Source of the DNA: Candidatus Methanomethylicia archaeon
GTDB taxonomy: Archaea > Thermoproteota > Methanomethylicia > Culexarchaeales > Culexarchaeaceae
Assembly (NCBI GenBank): GCA_038727515.1
Contig: JAVYVS010000002.1
Location: 32,001 to 96,000, forward strand
DNA: 64,000 bases
Direction of reading: 5' to 3'
In this document: in pieces, positions 61,652-64,000 of the stretch
Numbering within the stretch: position 1 is the stretch's first letter
Layout of the letters: every line of letters begins with the position of its first letter
The notes under the pieces: model-generated
What the model was told of the DNA's origin: nothing
The model's input: only the letters and a program-made list of their open reading frames with translations
Database searches by the model: none
Translations under genes and position numbers: made by a program

Positions 61652-61693
61652 GTTCGGATAGGATTTTTCCTATCCATGCTGAGCTACGGGCTC
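61652..61693. repeat. Right attachment site: GTTCGGATAGGA-TTTT-TCCTATCC + degenerate copy of the tRNA-Arg 5' end
   Basis: Direct and inverted matches to 58081-58122. Confidence 0.85.
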
Positions 61694-61805
61694 AATTTTC
61701 ATGGATTATTTCACTTTATTTTTAATGAATTCTCAATTTTGTTATATTTTTGTTTAAGTTTATTATATAAGTTTCTTTGCATAATTTATGTTATTGGTGT
61801 AAAGT

Positions 61806-62027
61806 TTGGGTAAAATTGATAGGGGCGTCAATTGTAGTATTGTTGATTGCAATAAATCTGCTATTCGCTCATTATCTTATTCTGAGTTTTCTAAAGTTGC
61901 ACCTAAAGCTGGGTTAAGTATTGGCTCTAATGCTCCACGTAGAGTTTATCTCTGTGAGGATCATTATAAGGTTTTTAAGAAGTTTTTGAGGAAGGAGAAA
62001 ATGTATGAGAAATGGAGATATGGTTAG
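61806..62027 (+). CDS. Small zinc-binding protein overlapping the polB1 start
   Basis: C-x4-C...C-x2-H pattern (CSIVDC, YLCEDHYK) and a basic C-terminus. Confidence 0.75.
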   Translation: MGKIDRGVNCSIVDCNKSAIRSLSYSEFSKVAPKAGLSIGSNAPRRVYLCEDHYKVFKKFLRKEKMYEKWRYG

Positions 62028-64000
62028 AAGTGAGGAAGAAGAGGTTTTTGAAGAAGAAGAGGAGTTTAGAGAATCTTTTGAGGAAGAGGAATTAGAGGTT
62101 GTTCCAATTAGTGTTGAAGAACCTGATAATACTGGTCCATGTATACTTTTAGCTGTGGTTTATGATGGTTCTGCTGGTAAAGCTCTTTGTAAACTTTATG
62201 ATCCAAATTCAAAGAAGATTTATTATTGGCATGATAAGAGCGGACATATGCCATATTGCCTTACAGATTTAACCCCTAATCAAGTTAAAATGCATAGTGT
62301 AGTTACACATAAGGGTTATAGGGGTGTTGTTGAAGTTGAGAAGTATGATCCTATAAGAGATTCTATTGTTAAGTTGTCTAAAATTATTGCTTCAGATCCA
62401 TTGGCTATTGGTGGTAGGAGGAAGAGTATTAGGGAAATTCTTCCAAAGGCTTGGGAGGATAGGATTCCATACAATAATTGCTATATTTATGATACTGGTT
62501 TAATTCCTGGGTTATATTATAGGATTGTTAATGGGTATCTACAGCCTGTACCTCTAGATATTCCTACGGATGTTTCAAAACAAATTATAAAGATTTTTGA
62601 AGATGAACCCACTGAAGTTTTAGATTGCGTTAAGGAATGGCTTCCACTATTTCTAGTTCCAGTTCCAGATATACCTAGATTGGCTGTAGATATTGAGGTT
62701 TTATCTACTGCTGATAGAATTCCAGAACCTTCAAAAGCTGAAGACCCTGTTATATGTATTTCATGTGCATCTTCTGATGGTTTAAAGAAGGTATTTATGC
62801 TTAAGAGGGAAGGTATTGATAGTGGGATTAGACCTGTAAATCTTCCAGAGGATGTTGAATTGGAATTTTATGATGATGAGGCTGAGATGCTTTTAAATGT
62901 TTTTAAACTTATAACTTCTTATCCCATAATTCTAACTTTTAATGGTGATGATTTCGATTTAAATTATCTTAGGCATAGAGCTTCAAATATTGGTATTAAA
63001 CGTGAAAATATTCCATTGGCTATGGGTAGGAATTATGTTGATGTTGTTCCAGGGGTTCATATAGATTTATATAAGTTCTTTAGTAATAGGTCGATTCAAG
63101 TTTATGCGTTTGGAAATAAGTATAAGGATGCAACTCTAGATGCTATAGCTAATTCTCTCCTTGGAATTGGAAAGATAAGTTTAGATCGTTTGATTAGTGA
63201 ATTATCATATTATGATCTTGCTGCGTACTGTTTTAGGGATGCTGAAATAACGCTTAAGCTAACTACATTTAATGATGGAGTTGTTATGAAGCTTATACTA
63301 TTACTTATGCGAATTAGTAAACTTAGTATGGGTGATGTAGTTCGTAGGGGGGTTTCTGTTTGGATTAGGAATATGCTCTATTATGAACATAGGAAGAGGA
63401 ATTATTTGATTCCATCTAAAGAGGATATTATTGCTTCTAAGGGTGTTTCTGTTACTAAAGCTTTAATTAAGGGTAAAAAGTATATGGGGGCTATTGTAAT
63501 TGAACCTAAATCTGGTGTATACTTTGATGTAACAGTTCTAGATTTTGCTTCTCTATATCCTTCTGTACTCTATAGATGGAATTTATCTTATGAAACCATT
63601 AATTGCCCACATGAAGAATGTAAGAGTAATAGGGTTCCAGAACTTCCACATTGGGTTTGTGTTAAGAGGAGGGGGTTATCTTCAATAATAATTGGCATGC
63701 TTAGAAATATGAGGGTTTATTGGTTTAAACCTAAGGCTAAAGATAAGAGTTTAGATGATGCTGTTAGGACTTGGTATTCAGTTGTTGAGCAGGGTTTAAA
63801 AGTGTTTTTAAATGCTAGTTATGGAGTTATGGGTGATGAAAACTTTCCATTATATTGCCCACCGGTTGCTGAAAGTATAACTGCTATTGGTAGATATGTA
63901 ATTTCTAAAACTATTGGAAAAGCTAGGGAATTGGGTGTTGAAGTATTATATGGCGATACCGATAGCATCTTTCTACATAGACCAACTCAAGAGCAAGTTA
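62020..64000 (+). CDS. polB1: Family B DNA polymerase, PolB1 type (3'-partial; absent from the ORF track)
   Basis: ATG 62020. LLAVVYDG..GKA..KLYDP, Exo motifs DIEV and TFNGDDFD, DFASLYPS (63541), KVFLNASYG and YGDTDS are all in one frame. Confidence 0.95.
   Translation, partial: MVRSEEEEVFEEEEEFRESFEEEELEVVPISVEEPDNTGPCILLAVVYDGSAGKALCKLYDPNSKKIYYWHDKSGHMPYCLTDLTPNQVKMHSVVTHKGYRGVVEVEKYDPIRDSIVKLSKIIASDPLAIGGRRKSIREILPKAWEDRIPYNNCYIYDTGLIPGLYYRIVNGYLQPVPLDIPTDVSKQIIKIFEDEPTEVLDCVKEWLPLFLVPVPDIPRLAVDIEVLSTADRIPEPSKAEDPVICISCASSDGLKKVFMLKREGIDSGIRPVNLPEDVELEFYDDEAEMLLNVFKLITSYPIILTFNGDDFDLNYLRHRASNIGIKRENIPLAMGRNYVDVVPGVHIDLYKFFSNRSIQVYAFGNKYKDATLDAIANSLLGIGKISLDRLISELSYYDLAAYCFRDAEITLKLTTFNDGVVMKLILLLMRISKLSMGDVVRRGVSVWIRNMLYYEHRKRNYLIPSKEDIIASKGVSVTKALIKGKKYMGAIVIEPKSGVYFDVTVLDFASLYPSVLYRWNLSYETINCPHEECKSNRVPELPHWVCVKRRGLSSIIIGMLRNMRVYWFKPKAKDKSLDDAVRTWYSVVEQGLKVFLNASYGVMGDENFPLYCPPVAESITAIGRYVISKTIGKARELGVEVLYGDTDSIFLHRPTQEQV

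Larger units (their letters stand above)
58081..61693. mobile_element. Integrated element at the 5' end of tRNA-Arg(CCG), with decayed tyrosine integrase and ArsR/Fe-S cargo
   Basis: The tRNA 5' segment is duplicated at 61670-61693 (21/24 identical). There is a 14-bp direct repeat and a 12-bp inverted repeat at the ends, an integrase next to the tRNA, and visibly higher GC than the flanks. Confidence 0.85.

Overview
AT-rich archaeal chromosome segment. The crenarchaeal-type PolB1, bifunctional FBP aldolase/phosphatase and archaeal ACDS/H4MPT genes point to an anaerobic TACK/Thermoproteota lineage; this placement is inference. Layout: (1) 1-12.3 kb housekeeping and peptide-fermentation genes: ADP-forming acyl-CoA synthetase alpha, iorAB, PRTase, cgi121, THUMP, ABC ATPase, ChlI-like ATPase, truncated TFS-like protein, ABCE1, fbp, tpiA, htpX. 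(2) tRNA-Arg(GCG) followed by a coupled fold-IV aminotransferase + beta-keto-acid cleavage enzyme pair. (3) A ~26 kb contiguous archaeal Wood-Ljungdahl supercluster (14.7-41.1 kb): cdhABCDE with two CooC, CooT, RACo and DUF3786, a metal-chelate ABC importer, ftr, mtd, fused fwdDB, fwdA, fwdC, mch, mer, mobA and two glutamate ligases, with no mcr/mtr inside the window. (4) Transporters, argS and valS. (5) An accessory patch with MNT-HEPN, a split Rv2004c-like kinase pair and several pseudogenes. (6) tRNA-Arg(CCG) abutting a ~3.6 kb higher-GC integrated element. It duplicates the 5' end of the tRNA, has interlocking direct and inverted end repeats, a decayed tyrosine integrase, and an intact ArsR (CVC) mini-regulon of Fe-S/Cys proteins with two matching operators. 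(7) PolB1, cut by the window edge. No CRISPR array or rRNA was seen.
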